This document shows, one piece after another, positions 1-12,261 of a stretch of DNA of 64,000 nt. Location: positions 1,248,001 to 1,312,000 of the forward strand of contig CP067995.1 of assembly GCA_045159875.1 (NCBI GenBank), given 5' to 3'. Every line of letters begins with the position of its first letter. The first letter of the stretch is position 1. Position numbers and translations under genes: made by a program. The notes beneath the pieces were generated by a model that ran no database searches, was not told the DNA's origin, and saw only the letters and a program-made list of their open reading frames with translations. Source of the stretch: a cyanobacterium endosymbiont of Rhopalodia gibba. Lineage in GTDB: Bacteria > Cyanobacteriota > Cyanobacteriia > Cyanobacteriales > Microcystaceae.

Positions 1-896
1 GCCAGGGTTTTAGCATTAGCAATAACTTGTCCTGAATAGGTTTTAAATGCAGGTTTAAGAGCTTCCCCAAAGGAGACACCCTTAGCCGCAATTACGTGTT
101 CCAATGGACCACCTTGAATTCCTGGAAAGACTGCCTTATCAAATCTTTTTCCTAGGTCAACATCACGGGTTAGTATCAATCCTCCCCTAGGACCTCTGAG
201 GGTTTTATGAGTGGTGGTCGTGACAACATCGCAATGGGGAATAGGGTTAGGGTGATGTCCGCTGGCCACTAATCCAGCAATGTGGGCAATATCAGCCATT
301 AAGTAGGCTCCCACCTCATCTGCGATCACTCGAAATTTCTCAAAATCAATAATTCGAGGGTATGCAGAATAGCCGCATATAATCATTTTTGGGCATTTTT
401 TGAGAACTAATTCCCTAATTTGTTCATAGTCAAGCCGTTCTGTATCAGGGTTGACTCCATAGTGGCATGTCTCAAACCATTTTCCAGAGACGTTAACAGG
501 GGAACCGTGGGTCAAATGTCCTCCGTGAGATAAATCCATTCCCATAATAGTATCGCCAGGCTTAAGGAGAGCTAAAAAGACGGCGAAATTAGCTTGCGCC
601 CCCGAATGGGGTTGAACATTAGCATGGGCAGCTCCAAATAACTTTTTAGCCCTATCAATGGTTAACTGCTCAGCGCGATCCACAAATTCGCAGCCACCAT
701 AATACCGTTTTTTTGGTAGTCCTTCTGCATATTTATTGGTCAATACGGAACCTTGGGCTGCTAAAACGGCTGGAGAAGTAAAATTTTCACTCGCAATTAA
801 TTCCAGATGTTCCCGTTGACGCTGGAGTTCTAAGTGAATAATTTCAGCCATCATTGAATCACTTTGGGCTAAAAAATCTAAGTTAGTATTAATCAC
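1..896 (-). CDS. glyA: Serine hydroxymethyltransferase (partial, runs off the window start)
   Basis: Manual translation from GTG at 896 gives [11 protein letters not shown]...[34 protein letters not shown] and the PLP-lysine motif [13 protein letters not shown]. Confidence 0.97.
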   Translation of the reverse strand, partial: MINTNLDFLAQSDSMMAEIIHLELQRQREHLELIASENFTSPAVLAAQGSVLTNKYAEGLPKKRYYGGCEFVDRAEQLTIDRAKKLFGAAHANVQPHSGAQANFAVFLALLKPGDTIMGMDLSHGGHLTHGSPVNVSGKWFETCHYGVNPDTERLDYEQIRELVLKKCPKMIICGYSAYPRIIDFEKFRVIADEVGAYLMADIAHIAGLVASGHHPNPIPHCDVVTTTTHKTLRGPRGGLILTRDVDLGKRFDKAVFPGIQGGPLEHVIAAKGVSFGEALKPAFKTYSGQVIANAKTL

Positions 897-1184
897 TGTT
901 GCTTAATCCTTTTTACATTGGAAAATAATATCCCAGAACCATCCATTATAGTAAATTTAAATTTGCTGATAAACTAAGCCAAGAAAATTTAATAATACTT
1001 AGAAAAATCATGAAGATAGAGAATTTGTAGCTATCCAAACAGGTAACATTCTTATTTACAGTTGTCTAGAAAATCGCAAAAAAATAGTTAAGCTATGTGG
1101 CTATCTAAAAAATTTAGGTTAAGATTTGCAATTTAATCTACTACAATATACTCAATATAGTTGAGGAGCGATGGGGTTTTTCAT

Positions 1185-1397
1185 ATGTTGGTTATCCTGA
1201 CTCAGGAAAGTGTTTTATCAGCGCAAACAGTATGTCAAGGCTGCCTACTAGCAAATCATCAGGGATTACCTCGCTGGAAACAGGGAACACTCGGTTGTGG
1301 CTCTTCTGTTCATAAAAACTTGGAAAGTCATCAACCGAAACGTTATCAATGTCAGATGGGCTTTCAGATTGCCGAAGTCGAAGAAATTTTAAGATGA
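1185..1397 (+). CDS. Small Cys-rich cyanobacterial hypothetical protein
   Basis: MLVILTQE...CQGCLLAN..G.PRW..G.LGCG...YQCQMGFQIAEVE resembles a conserved cyanobacterial hypothetical family; ATG at 1185 preferred over TTG at 1161. Confidence 0.7.
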   Translation: MLVILTQESVLSAQTVCQGCLLANHQGLPRWKQGTLGCGSSVHKNLESHQPKRYQCQMGFQIAEVEEILR

Positions 1398-1895
1398 TTA
1401 AATTCCAATAACATACTTGCGCCATTCGTGATTGAGATTCTCTCTAGTATACTTAACGAGTTCAAAATGTAAACTGCTATAAGGACGACGGGGAGTGCAC
1501 TGCAGGCTCATATTTGCTTCTCTCGGGGTGCGGTTTCCTTTTTTGACATTACAACGAACACAAGCAGTAACTAAATTCTCCCAAGTCTCTTCTCCACCTC
1601 GTGAACGGGGAATAATATGATCTAGGGTTAATTGTTCTCCCCGATAGTTGCAATATTGACAGGTATTGTGATCGCGTTCAAGAATATTGCGTCGAGTTAA
1701 AGGAATCTCTTTGTAGGGAATTCGGATATATTGGCGTAGTCGTATGACTGAAGGCAGAGGAAAGTCACTATAGATTAACCGTTCACTATGTTCTAATTGC
1801 TCAGCTTTCCCCTTGAGTAACAAGACAACTGCTCTTCGCCAACTAGTAATATTGAGCGGTTCGTAGGAGGCATTTAACACTAGAACCTTGCCCAT
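1398..1895 (-). CDS. HNH endonuclease (McrA-like)
   Basis: N-terminal VLVLNASYEPL and HNH motif CQYC...LTLDHIIPRSRGG...WENLVTACVRCNVKKG. Confidence 0.93.
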   Translation of the reverse strand: MGKVLVLNASYEPLNITSWRRAVVLLLKGKAEQLEHSERLIYSDFPLPSVIRLRQYIRIPYKEIPLTRRNILERDHNTCQYCNYRGEQLTLDHIIPRSRGGEETWENLVTACVRCNVKKGNRTPREANMSLQCTPRRPYSSLHFELVKYTRENLNHEWRKYVIGI

Positions 1896-2059
1896 AGGCT
1901 ATCGAGGAATATTGGGTTAATTTACCCCAGATGCTAACATAAATGGTGTCTTCCAGTAAACTAGTTGCCCTTCTCATTTGTGTAGGAATAAAAAAATAAA
2001 AATCCACAAAAAAACTGAAAGGTAAAAATATTACATGGCTGATGAATCATGGCACAGAT

Positions 2060-2592
2060 AAAAGGTTATGAGTTTTCTATCTAAAGTTAATTTTGTGCCT
2101 AACCCATCCTGCAAAATCTAACCATGGATAAACTTAAAATTTCTTGACGATCAATTAAATAGGAATGACTTCAAAAAAATCTCGTCAAAAACGACTTACA
2201 TAACTTGACTGACTTCGCCTATTATATCTGCGGATAAAGGAAATTCTAAAACTTTTGAATCAAGGAATCGGATATAAAAATTGGCATCATTTATACTAAA
2301 TTCCAAAACATGAATATTCTAGGCTAATTTTGTATAAATTTTGCTAAGATATACGGGTTTATATTGTGCAACCGGAAGTACTTTCTTTAGAGTAGAAAGA
2401 CAAGACCTCTACTTTTCTTGAACGTCTGAAAAAATTATCTCCCCATTCTCGCTATTAGTAGATAGACTCAAATTAGAAGCAGGTTGATAAGGGGGGAGTT
2501 GAGGTGAACCTAAACCTTAAGCTGAAAATTTCCAAAAACTTCAACCTACAATGATTAAAATAATGGTGGTAAATTAAAGAATGACTAAACAT
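2060..2592 (-). pseudogene. Peroxiredoxin Q / BCP pseudogene
   Basis: Fragments LGSPQLPPYQPASNLSLSTNSENGEIIFSDVQEK*, FYSKESTSGCT (cf. YFYPKDFTSGCT) and HSYLIDRQ, broken by stops and frameshifts. Confidence 0.8.
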
Positions 2593-2739
2593 AATTTTAG
2601 TTACTATTGCAACAGTAATTTTGATTAACTTACAGTTAATTAATGCTAATACATTCAGCTCTGGTTAAACTCTATTTTTGTTCTTTAATTCCTATTAAAA
2701 GCGTTTTTTGGGGGCATAAAACTGAAAGATTTTTTTTGT

Positions 2740-3396
2740 ACCTCTATCTATTAGGCATCTAGGTAACTAGAATTCCTATAATAGTCTAGCTTTTTTAAAT
2801 GCTTCTCGTCATACTCCCTCACTTCATCAATAGTTAACCACCTCAAGCTGTACAGGCTTCCTTGACTCTTAAAGAACTCATGCCCCTTTTACCTTTTAGT
2901 AGCAGGGTAAGTCACATTGCTTCTTAAAACCGTACTTTTCATAGGATAAATAGTTTTTTGGAAAATTCACTGGATTATTTTGATGTCAATAAACTCCCCA
3001 CCATCATTGAGATAACTTGCAATGGTTTGACAGAATCTTCCCCTGGCGAGCATAGTCCAGAAGTTATACGCCAAAAACATAGGTCATAGAAAGTTAGCGG
3101 ACAATAATGTTTGACATTGTCCTACTCAAAAGAAATATGCTCATCGGCTAATGTATTTCATTCAAGCTCTACCATGAACAGAACTTGCTCCTTTGCTTTG
3201 TACAAGAAACCCTCAGTGTAATGACCCGTACCGCAGGGCACACACAATAATAAATAGCCTATCCCTAACATCAAAGGTATCATCGAGCAATCCTTTAGGA
3301 GGATACTGTTGTGCTAACTTCGGACAACCAACTGGCTTAGCCTCCTTAACATATTTGGACTAAACTATCGCATTTTGTTTCAGTGGTTGGTATCAT
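2740..3396 (-). pseudogene. Class I SAM-dependent methyltransferase pseudogene
   Basis: Fragments CGTGHYT (motif I), KGASSVHG, FCQTIASYLNDGGEFI and YLSYEKYGF lie in shifting frames with stops. Confidence 0.7.
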
Positions 3397-4141
3397 GTTT
3401 GTTAATTTCATTAATGTTCATATCCTTTAATTATGGGGATAGGTATTTGATAAACTGTTCAACAAAGTATTCAGTTAGCCAGTAAGTTATTCAAGTTGAA
3501 GTATATTTTTTTTGTTGATAAAACATTGTTAAAAGTAGTTAGAGTCTAAAATAATTGAAGGTAAAGAGCATGTTTTTAATGTTTATTTGTTTAGCACTGA
3601 AACATTTATCTAAGCATTAATACTTTGTGGAAATATAGTTCCTATAATAAGGAAAATATTGTCCTCAGGAAAGAATTTGAGATGATCAGATATCAAAGAA
3701 AATTTATATTGGATAGCCTGAAGTGTGAGTTATCGAAATAGATGCCAAATTAGTCACTTTCATCCCCTGTCACACCAGTACAACTTTATCTCCTATCACC
3801 TCCTCTACTGAGGTTTTCTGGGCAACTAGACTATCAAAAATACTCATATCCATAATACTTATGTAGATAGTTCCTAAAACTGAAATTAAGTATTTTTCCC
3901 TGATAATTATTAAACCGGCTATATTTTATAGTCAAAATTAGGGAAAATACTATAAAAGATAGTATCAGAGTTAGTACAGTAACTTGTGAAAGGTTTTTGT
4001 CAAAAATATTGCAGATAGTGGCATTAAACAATGATTTGTTTAATGCCACTATCTTTCTTTAAGTCTTCTAGTCCCGCAGGGAAGTTTCGCCGCAGCATAT
4101 CGGAAGCAATCAGCTGGAGAACACCTCAAAGGAGTGACCCT

Positions 4142-4830
4142 ATGGCAAAACTGCTGTAATACTTTAAAGTTGACCGACAGACCTAAATAAGATCTGAAAA
4201 GAGTAAAAACAACTATCTACCACAAAAAACCGGAAAATAACAACTAAAGGCTCTTGGCTATTTTTTGTATGGTGAACACCAAGGAAATTTTTTTTTTCGA
4301 CCGCGAAACTATAGAATAAAAGTATCTCGATTGCAAAGTCCGTTTGAGTTCTTGTGGGGGACTTTTAGGTAATGTTTGATTCATGGATCGAAAAAATTTC
4401 TTTTTATTCCCAATTATGAAGAGATATCACAAAAATTGTTCGACAATGTAAGGATAAATATGGAGATGTTGCTCTTACAGCTGTTGAACTTGTAGGGTTA
4501 AGAAAAAAACTATATATAGAGTTTAAAGTTTTTAGATAATTCTCCAGTGTTGGTAAACTTTTATAAATCTATGACTTTATCTTGTCAAACACCAATTTTA
4601 AAGATGAGTTTTGCGGCGGCTGAAGCTGGCAGAAGTTTCCCTTGGTCCGGAAAAAACTAAGGATCGATAACCCTCCCTATTAATTTTAGAGATCAGGGGC
4701 AACAACTTTCGAAAAGATTTTATAGTGGTATAAATCAAGAAATAAGGAAGAAGTCATAGATAGCCTTGAGAGGATAAAGTTTCCATGTGAAGAGAAAAAA
4801 AGATTAGCAGAGTTTGAAATTGTTTCTACA
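4142..4830 (+). pseudogene. Unidentified pseudogene with an intact RBS
   Basis: AAAGGAG at 4128 precedes ATG at 4142 (MAKLL*YFKVDRQT*...); coding-like composition continues with multiple stops. Confidence 0.4.
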
Positions 4831-5140
4831 TTCGTTAGCATTTCTTATGGACTTTGTTCCCCATTTATTGAAACCTATACTGGTAATCACTTTTAGCTTA
4901 TACACCCTTTTATTTTTACTCCTTCAGGTGTATTTAGAATACAGATCTGTTAAGGTTGACAATAGAATAACTTTAGACATTATTTCCGAGAAGTGAAAGT
5001 AAATCCAACAATTTATATCACTAAAAGTTGTGTACTTATATAATCCCATTTTAACAACCTTGATCCCTTGATGATAGAAACTTATAGAGATAATGATAAA
5101 ATGAGATGAGGACTTGTATTGTTACAATAGGAGACCATTG

Positions 5141-5881
5141 GTGCTATCTTCTCTCATTGTTGACTTTCGCATCATCTTTGAGCGTGACCCTGCAGCCCGT
5201 AATTGGTTAGAGGTTCTTGTTTGTTATCCAGGTTTGCAAGCCTTAGTTTTTCATCGCTTTGCACATTTCTTATATTGCCTTGGCCTTCCCTTCATTCCCA
5301 GATTGATTTCCCATCTAGGTCGCTTTTTGACCGGAATTGAAATTCATCCAGGAGCGAAAATTGCCCAAGGAGTGTTTATTGATCATGGGATGGGAGTAGT
5401 GATTGGAGAAACAGCTGTTGTTGGAGATAATAGCTTGATTTATCAGGGGGTTACTTTAGGGGGAACTGGTAAAGTGACAGGCAAACGTCACCCCACTCTT
5501 GGTAAAAATGTGGTAGTTGGAGCGGGGGCTAAAATTCTCGGTAATTTAGAAATTGGTAATAATGTCCGCATTGGGGCAGGATCAGTGGTGTTACGGGATG
5601 TTCCTTCAGATTGTACTGTGGTTGGAATTCCAGGACGCATCATTTATCAATCAGGGGTTCGAGTTAATCCTTTAGCTCATAATAATCTTCCTGATTCAGA
5701 AGCTAAAGTAGTACGATTGCTGCTAGACCGCATTGAGTCCTTAGAACAGGAAGTTAAAGAATTAAAGCAAGATTTTAAGAAAGATAAATCTAGAGATTGG
5801 GATTTGGTAACTACTACAGTGGACTCATCTTCTTTTATTCCTAGTCAAAGTTGTAGTCTGAGTGACAAAGAGATTGAATAG
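5141..5881 (+). CDS. cysE: Serine O-acetyltransferase (C-terminal tail clipped)
   Basis: [52 protein letters not shown] precedes GTG at 5141. Confidence 0.95.
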   Translation: MLSSLIVDFRIIFERDPAARNWLEVLVCYPGLQALVFHRFAHFLYCLGLPFIPRLISHLGRFLTGIEIHPGAKIAQGVFIDHGMGVVIGETAVVGDNSLIYQGVTLGGTGKVTGKRHPTLGKNVVVGAGAKILGNLEIGNNVRIGAGSVVLRDVPSDCTVVGIPGRIIYQSGVRVNPLAHNNLPDSEAKVVRLLLDRIESLEQEVKELKQDFKKDKSRDWDLVTTTVDSSSFIPSQSCSLSDKEIE

Positions 5882-6273
5882 TTTTTCAGCGATGTTGGAC
5901 AATAATTGTTCTCTTCAACATTAAAATTACTCTAGTAAATACAGAAATATGGAAAAAAATTTGAGAAAAAAATAGAAGTATTATCAACAAATTTTAATTT
6001 TGTAAGTCGCAAACGGAATCGTGGTTAATTCAGTCCCTTTTTATAAAAGTTTGTATAAGAATAGTTTTTTTATTTCAAAACCTAGCAATAGATGCAAAAC
6101 TAATTACAATAGATGTGATTAGTTTTGCAAAAGTTATTCGAGCAAACAGTTGTTGATTATTTAAGTTTGTAAGTTTTGTCTTCCCCTAGTTTTACTTGAT
6201 TTGGAATAGTAACCTGATAGATAGGAATAGGAAACAGGGAATAAAAAACAGTTAAGAGAAAAAAATTAAAAAA

Positions 6274-6620
6274 ATGTCAGATATTAATTATTTTAAAGAC
6301 TTAATCATTTAGAATTTGGTAAAAAAGCATAGATGTCTCAGAAAAGTGCAATTTACTCACTAGAATCTTTCCTGAAAATAAAATATACAGTTTTATTTAA
6401 CAGATTAAGAGAAGTATTATCTCAATTTTAGCTAAAATAACATCGAAATAATGAAATATAATTTAAGAAAAAATATCATTTTTTTTAAAAGTACAAGGTT
6501 CAGTTAATAAAGAACAAAATTTATCTATTTTTTTCTCCGAGGGCATAATTATACTCGAAAAAAGAAGTATAAATAATTCTTTCTTTATTAAAGTGAAAAA
6601 ATTTAATTATTATTAATAAT
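6274..6620 (+). pseudogene. Four-helix-bundle (23S rRNA IVP / Avd-like) protein pseudogene, copy 1
   Basis: MSDINYFKDLII*, then frameshifted SEKCNLLTRIFPENKIYSFI*QIKRSIISILAKI (cf. family pattern FP.EE.YG...QIRRSA.SIPANIAEG); preceded by GGAATA-type short repeats. Confidence 0.7.
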
Positions 6621-8001
6621 ATCGGTTAACTCAAAAGTTAAAATTTATTCTCCATTTCATACTTCAACTTTTAAAGTATTATTGTTATTTAATATGGTTA
6701 AAAACAACATATTTTCAATTATATTAATTAGTAAAATAAAGATATATAATCCAAAATTATAACTAATAGAAAGAGCATAATAAGAAGTGCATAAACAATT
6801 AAATTAAATAATATAAGATACTTGAGATCAAAAATAGAAGGAAAATCATGAGATAGTATTAGTTAATTTATAGGAGAAGTAATGAATTATATAAAATATA
6901 AATCAAAGATTTAAAACATGGTGACAATAAATTCATTAAATTCTAAATATGGAACTTTTAAAAGGGTAGTAATCACAGATTTTAATGAATCTAAATGTTC
7001 TGAAGTTAAACTCATTAAAATTTAAACTATAAAATGTGTTTATCTAAGAAAAATGTACTTATATATTGAGAACGCTATCATACATAATATTTTTTATACT
7101 AATTTAATAGATTAAAACATAGTCTAATTTGGAAGTAAATTTTAGTCAGATAAAAGATAGTTTTTTGTATATACACAGTAATACATTTTTATTCGTTTGT
7201 ACATCATGTAAAAACATTATGGATATTTTGAGATATAAATAAGAAAACCTAATCTAAATAATTTTAAAAACGCTAATTTTAAAAAAGTTCTATTTTTTGT
7301 ACCGTTTATACTCAATTACTTTTTAATTTCTATTGATATCAAGCTATTTCAGCTTCTATTTTATTGCATTTATCCATAACATAACCCAGTTTTAAACTAA
7401 ATATAGTTGTTAAAAATTACCTATAATAATGAAAGATAATTTAGATAAATATGATACTCATAAAAATCTTATTTTATTCAGTATTTCAGTTTTTTAAACC
7501 CTAAAAAATATTAGAAGTATTTATGGTATTTAAACGTCTACACCTATACTATTTAATTAGCTCTTGCAACATCTTAAACTTATTTTTATTTTTTAGACAA
7601 ATAGGATTTTCAATAGCTAAAAAACTGTCTAATTTTTTTTAAAAATATATTTTCACCTTACCAACGTTTTTATTCAGAGTTTTATAAAAAGACAGTATTG
7701 TAAATAGAATAAAATCAAAAATAAAAAAACATTTAAAAAAGAAACATTAATAATTATGATAATTTAATTACACTGAAAAAAAATACTAAAAAACTTACTA
7801 TGCGAAGTTTTCTACAAACTTTAAGATAAGAAATGGCAGAGATTTGTTCAAAAATCATCAATTCTGATTAAATAATTAATTTTGATCGAGTCTGCAGTAG
7901 TTATAATAGAATTTTTTTCTTACCTCATTATAGATCGCTTATGTATTGTATCCTACCAAAACTATTATTCATATTTATAGAAAATTTAATTTTTAGTGAC
8001 T

Positions 8002-8619
8002 TTACGGATTACTCCAAAACTGTATACATTGATAGCCCAATTCTTCTAACATCTGTCTAAGCAAAGGAAGACTTAAGCCAATGACATTACTGTGACACCC
8101 TTCGATTTTATCAATAAATAAACCCCCTTTTCCTTCTAAGGCAAAACATCCGGCACACTCGAGCGGTTCTCCAGTATTAACATAAGCTTCGATAGAAACA
8201 TCATTTAAATTAGCAAAGTAAACTTGAGTGATACCGCAGCGAATCAAAGTTTTTTGTTGTTTTTGATCAAAAATTGTATGACCAGTATACAGTGTCCCTT
8301 GGTTTCCCCGTATTTTTTGCCAACGGATGATCGCTTCTTCAGGCGAGTTAGGTTTTCCGTAAATTTCCCCCCGCACTACTAATAAAGAGTCACACCCTAA
8401 AATTAGGCAGTCCTGAAAATAAGGGGCAACGGTTTTAACTTTAAAGTGAGCTAGGATTTGGACTAATTCTATAGGATCCTTACATTCTATTTGGGATTCG
8501 TCAAACTGACTATGACGGACAATTGGATCAATCCCAACAGTTTGTAATAGTTTTCGACGTGCTGGAGATGCAGAAGCCAGGACAAAATGAGGAGGAGTTA
8601 AAAACGAAGATACAACCAT
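8002..8619 (-). CDS. maf: Maf-family nucleoside triphosphate pyrophosphatase
   Basis: [38 protein letters not shown] at 8619 preferred. Confidence 0.92.
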   Translation of the reverse strand: MVVSSFLTPPHFVLASASPARRKLLQTVGIDPIVRHSQFDESQIECKDPIELVQILAHFKVKTVAPYFQDCLILGCDSLLVVRGEIYGKPNSPEEAIIRWQKIRGNQGTLYTGHTIFDQKQQKTLIRCGITQVYFANLNDVSIEAYVNTGEPLECAGCFALEGKGGLFIDKIEGCHSNVIGLSLPLLRQMLEELGYQCIQFWSNP

Positions 8620-9410
8620 TATTAATAATAAATAAGATACAAAATATTTTCGAGAAAATCTTAAAGTTACCAATCGGTAGGAAATTTACGAAATATATCA
8701 ATTAGTTTCCTCTTAAAAAAGTTTTATTTAATTTAATTTTTATCTAATTTTAGATAATTCATGAGTTTTACCACACCAGTATAAGAAATTGTACTCTAGA
8801 GCAAGCCAATTATGACTAAAACTAAAAACAGTTTTGCCTATTCTATAGCTTACTATTTTATGTCACTATTGTTGTTACTTTGAGTATTAAGTTACTCTTG
8901 ATTTTTCATAAAAAATCTCGTTTATTTCTCTTTGACTATATTTAAACATTGTTAAACAATGGAGAGATTAAAAGTAAAAAAAATTTTTTAACCAATATAA
9001 ATAGTGATAATACTATGATATTAGTCCTCATTAGTAAGTTTAACCTTGTATGGTATTGCGCAATAATTTACTGAATTTAAATGAGAAAATTAATAAATTT
9101 TTATTAAAAACTAACGACTAATATTTTTGTAGATTACTAAATTTATTTAGATCATTTAGCTCTTATTTTTTGATAAATTACTAATAGTTATGCTAGAATT
9201 TTTCGTCCGCTAAATAGAATCTTAAAACATCATATTTACTTCTTTTTGTGGATGTTACTTACGTTAATTTTAACCCAGTTACTAAAAAAATATATTTATC
9301 CCTGCTATAAACATAGCTAAAAGGTGATTTTATTTTTGCTTAATAACTGATTAGACTACTAACTATCACGATAATTAATCTAATTTTTTCTTACTTAGTA
9401 TTATAATTTT

Positions 9411-9458
9411 CTATATTTAATGGAGTTTAGTTCATAATCTAAACTCCATTAAATATAG
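9411..9458. repeat. Perfect inverted repeat, 20-bp arms, 8-nt loop
   Basis: CTATATTTAATGGAGTTTAG-ttcataat-CTAAACTCCATTAAATATAG. Confidence 0.95.
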
Positions 9459-12261
9459 GGCAGAATACAATATACAAATTCAAAAATTTTAGATAGAATT
9501 ATTTTAAAAATTGCAATGCATTGATAACTAATGCTTAATTAAGTTTCTGGTAGAAATATTTATTTTTTAAAAAAACTATTTAATGTTCTAATATTTGCAT
9601 GAAATTATAGTATTTATCTGAAGTAACGCTAAAAAAGTGGTTACAAATATTGTTTTTTATCATTCAGTTTATATAAACTATTGGTTGCTTTAAGTATAAT
9701 CAGACTATAAGTTTCTTCTATTATAATTTTTATCTTGTAATTTACCTCAGTTATAATCTTAATAAGATACCAGTAACCATCTTTTAATTTACGATTTTTT
9801 CTACAATAAATCTTTCCTTTTTTAGAGATTGTATCTTTAAAATTTATATTAATTGTCTTTTCTTGTCTAGTTGAAATCATCAAACTATTTTATCCGTACA
9901 AACAATAATATTGTTTTAGCGATTGGTATCAACTAACTAAATTTTTTATTCAGCAAACAAAGATATAATGGTTTATCGAAGTTCATAAAGTAGTTACTGT
10001 AGACTATAGATAAAATATACACAAAAGCATAATTTTCAAATTACAGATGTCCAAGTTGATAATATAAGAACATTAAAATAAAATATAATTTATCTTTAAA
10101 ATTAGCATCTTAACTATACTGCAATTATTAAGGATAATGTCATATAAGGTTACATTTACGCTAAAAATATCTAATTTTTTTAAAAAAACTAATATAAGAT
10201 GTATAACAGTTCCTTAAATGTCATTAGAAACTACTAAAATGGAAGTAAAAAAATAATACTTTTATATTCTCACATTTAAAACTACTGGAAAGATAGAAAT
10301 ATTAAAACGCTACTAAACTTATTTATTTTTTAAGTCAAAGATAATGTATGAATTTAATCGTCGTTAATTTATTACATCAGCTGAGTCCAATCAAAATATG
10401 GTGGCGAGGACAATATTTTAATTAAACCGAAGTAAATTTCAGAGAAATTAAATTAAATAATTCTTAAATCTTAGTAAAGTTCATCAAAGTTAAAATGGTT
10501 TGTTAGTTTGCTAAAAGTTAATTTAGAATCAAAACTAGGCAATTTATATTATCATGTTTTACGGATTTTATTAAAGTCAATAAAAACATTATCTGTAATT
10601 TTCATCTTTTTTACTTTTAAAAAGGAGGAATATTTTAAATTTTTTTTATTGTAAACAGTTAATCATTAGATGAGACTTAGATTAGAGCTTCAAAATTTAA
10701 ACGAGAAAAGAAAATTTTTTATAATTGTAAGATTTATTTAGATAATCTAGGTAAACTATCTTTTAAAAGAATAAAAGTAAATGGTGAATACAATTGTGAT
10801 TAATAACTAAATTAGTCCTAGCTTTTGTCTTCAATATTTTTTATGTTTAATAATTTTCCATATTTCTACATAAAAATTTTACAAAGTTTTTTAAGAAAAT
10901 TACTATTTCTATCTCATTAGAATTGCTTCTTTCAACCACTAATAAGAGAAGCTTTATGGAATCAAATCTTAGAATTGAATATAAAATAACTGAAAGCTAT
11001 CCTAAAATAGCTAAATTTAGTTCTAAATTTAATTAATTAACATTCAGTTAAAGAAGTTTAATTATTAAAAAATTTTTATCAATAGAAAATAATATAAGTT
11101 AGTTTTATAACAAAAAAATAAAATCTCTTTAAGAATTACTCGAGTATATTTGCTGGGATACTCTTTGGAATTAGAGTAATAAAAAAAATAGAGAATTAAT
11201 AGACAACTCTTAAGTTAATAGTTAATGAGTATCTTAAAACAACTGATAAATGATAAAGTAGAAAAAGTTTGCTTAAGTTATAGGAATTTATTCAGTTAAG
11301 TGAAGAAATAAATTTAAAAGTCAACTCATTATCATTAATTAAATTTATTTTGATTTTCAATGAAAATATAGCAATTTTATACTAAATAAAATTGTCAGGT
11401 AACAGATTCTACTTAAATAAATTAAACAAATCAAACTATTCCTGCTTTATTGAAAATCTAATAATGATCAATAGTGAGTTATTCTAAATTTAGAATATCG
11501 TTGATTAAACTGACTTAAGCATCTAATGCTATCAGTATAGATTAACTGAAAATTTCAAGTTTGTACAACTTAATTTATACGTAAAATACTTTGAAATACT
11601 GTCTTTCTAAAGAGAAACAGCTTTTAATAAGCCTATGATTGACAATCCAACTCTTTCTTTATATTTTTTGAAAATTCTTATAGAATAGGTCTAGTAGAAC
11701 TAAATTATGACAAAATTTTAAATTTAGTCCAAATATTGTTCAAATATTTATATCACTCTCATGATTCACCTTTTTATTAATGAATAACCTAAATATTCAG
11801 AATTGACATGCCCTAAAGGGTTTTAAACAAATTTGAAATTACTGTGATGGGTAAATTTAATTATATTTTATTATCAACTTTGTAATCTAATTACCCAAAA
11901 TTAATTGATTCTTCTAGACTAAGTCTTATCAATTAGTAGATATAACTGCTAAAATTCTTACCTTAAATATGTAAGGTAACTCCAAAAATTTAATTTTTAC
12001 AAAAACTCAATCTTCTACAAAGTAAGAATTTTAGCTTGTGTTTATTATGATTTCGTCATAGCTAGTCTAGAAAAGTCAATTAAACTAATTTTTAGTTAAT
12101 TCCATTGAGATAAAATCTTACTATTTTGTCCTTAATAAGTATATTATAGCAACTACCATACTTATGAGATATAAAGTGGTTTAGTTTTTGGGAACGCCGG
12201 AACAAAGATATAGATTAAAGTTTACCTCATGAGTCTAAGAAATCCTCTAATTAATTAGAAG

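Noticed and set aside
1398..1895. HNH nuclease as part of a CRISPR, IscB or restriction system
   Set aside because: No repeat array, RuvC motifs or intact adjacent DNA methylase; looks like the common standalone cyanobacterial HNH protein
6274..6620. Diversity-generating retroelement suggested by Avd-like four-helix-bundle genes
   Set aside because: No reverse transcriptase and no TR/VR pair with adenine-specific differences seen; both copies are pseudogenes
3834..9883. Short I/K/N/F-rich ORFs (3834, 4814, 8523, 9641; likewise 15178, 24565, 40145, 54578)
   Set aside because: Composition expected by chance in AT-rich DNA, or antisense to genes and pseudogenes; no motifs
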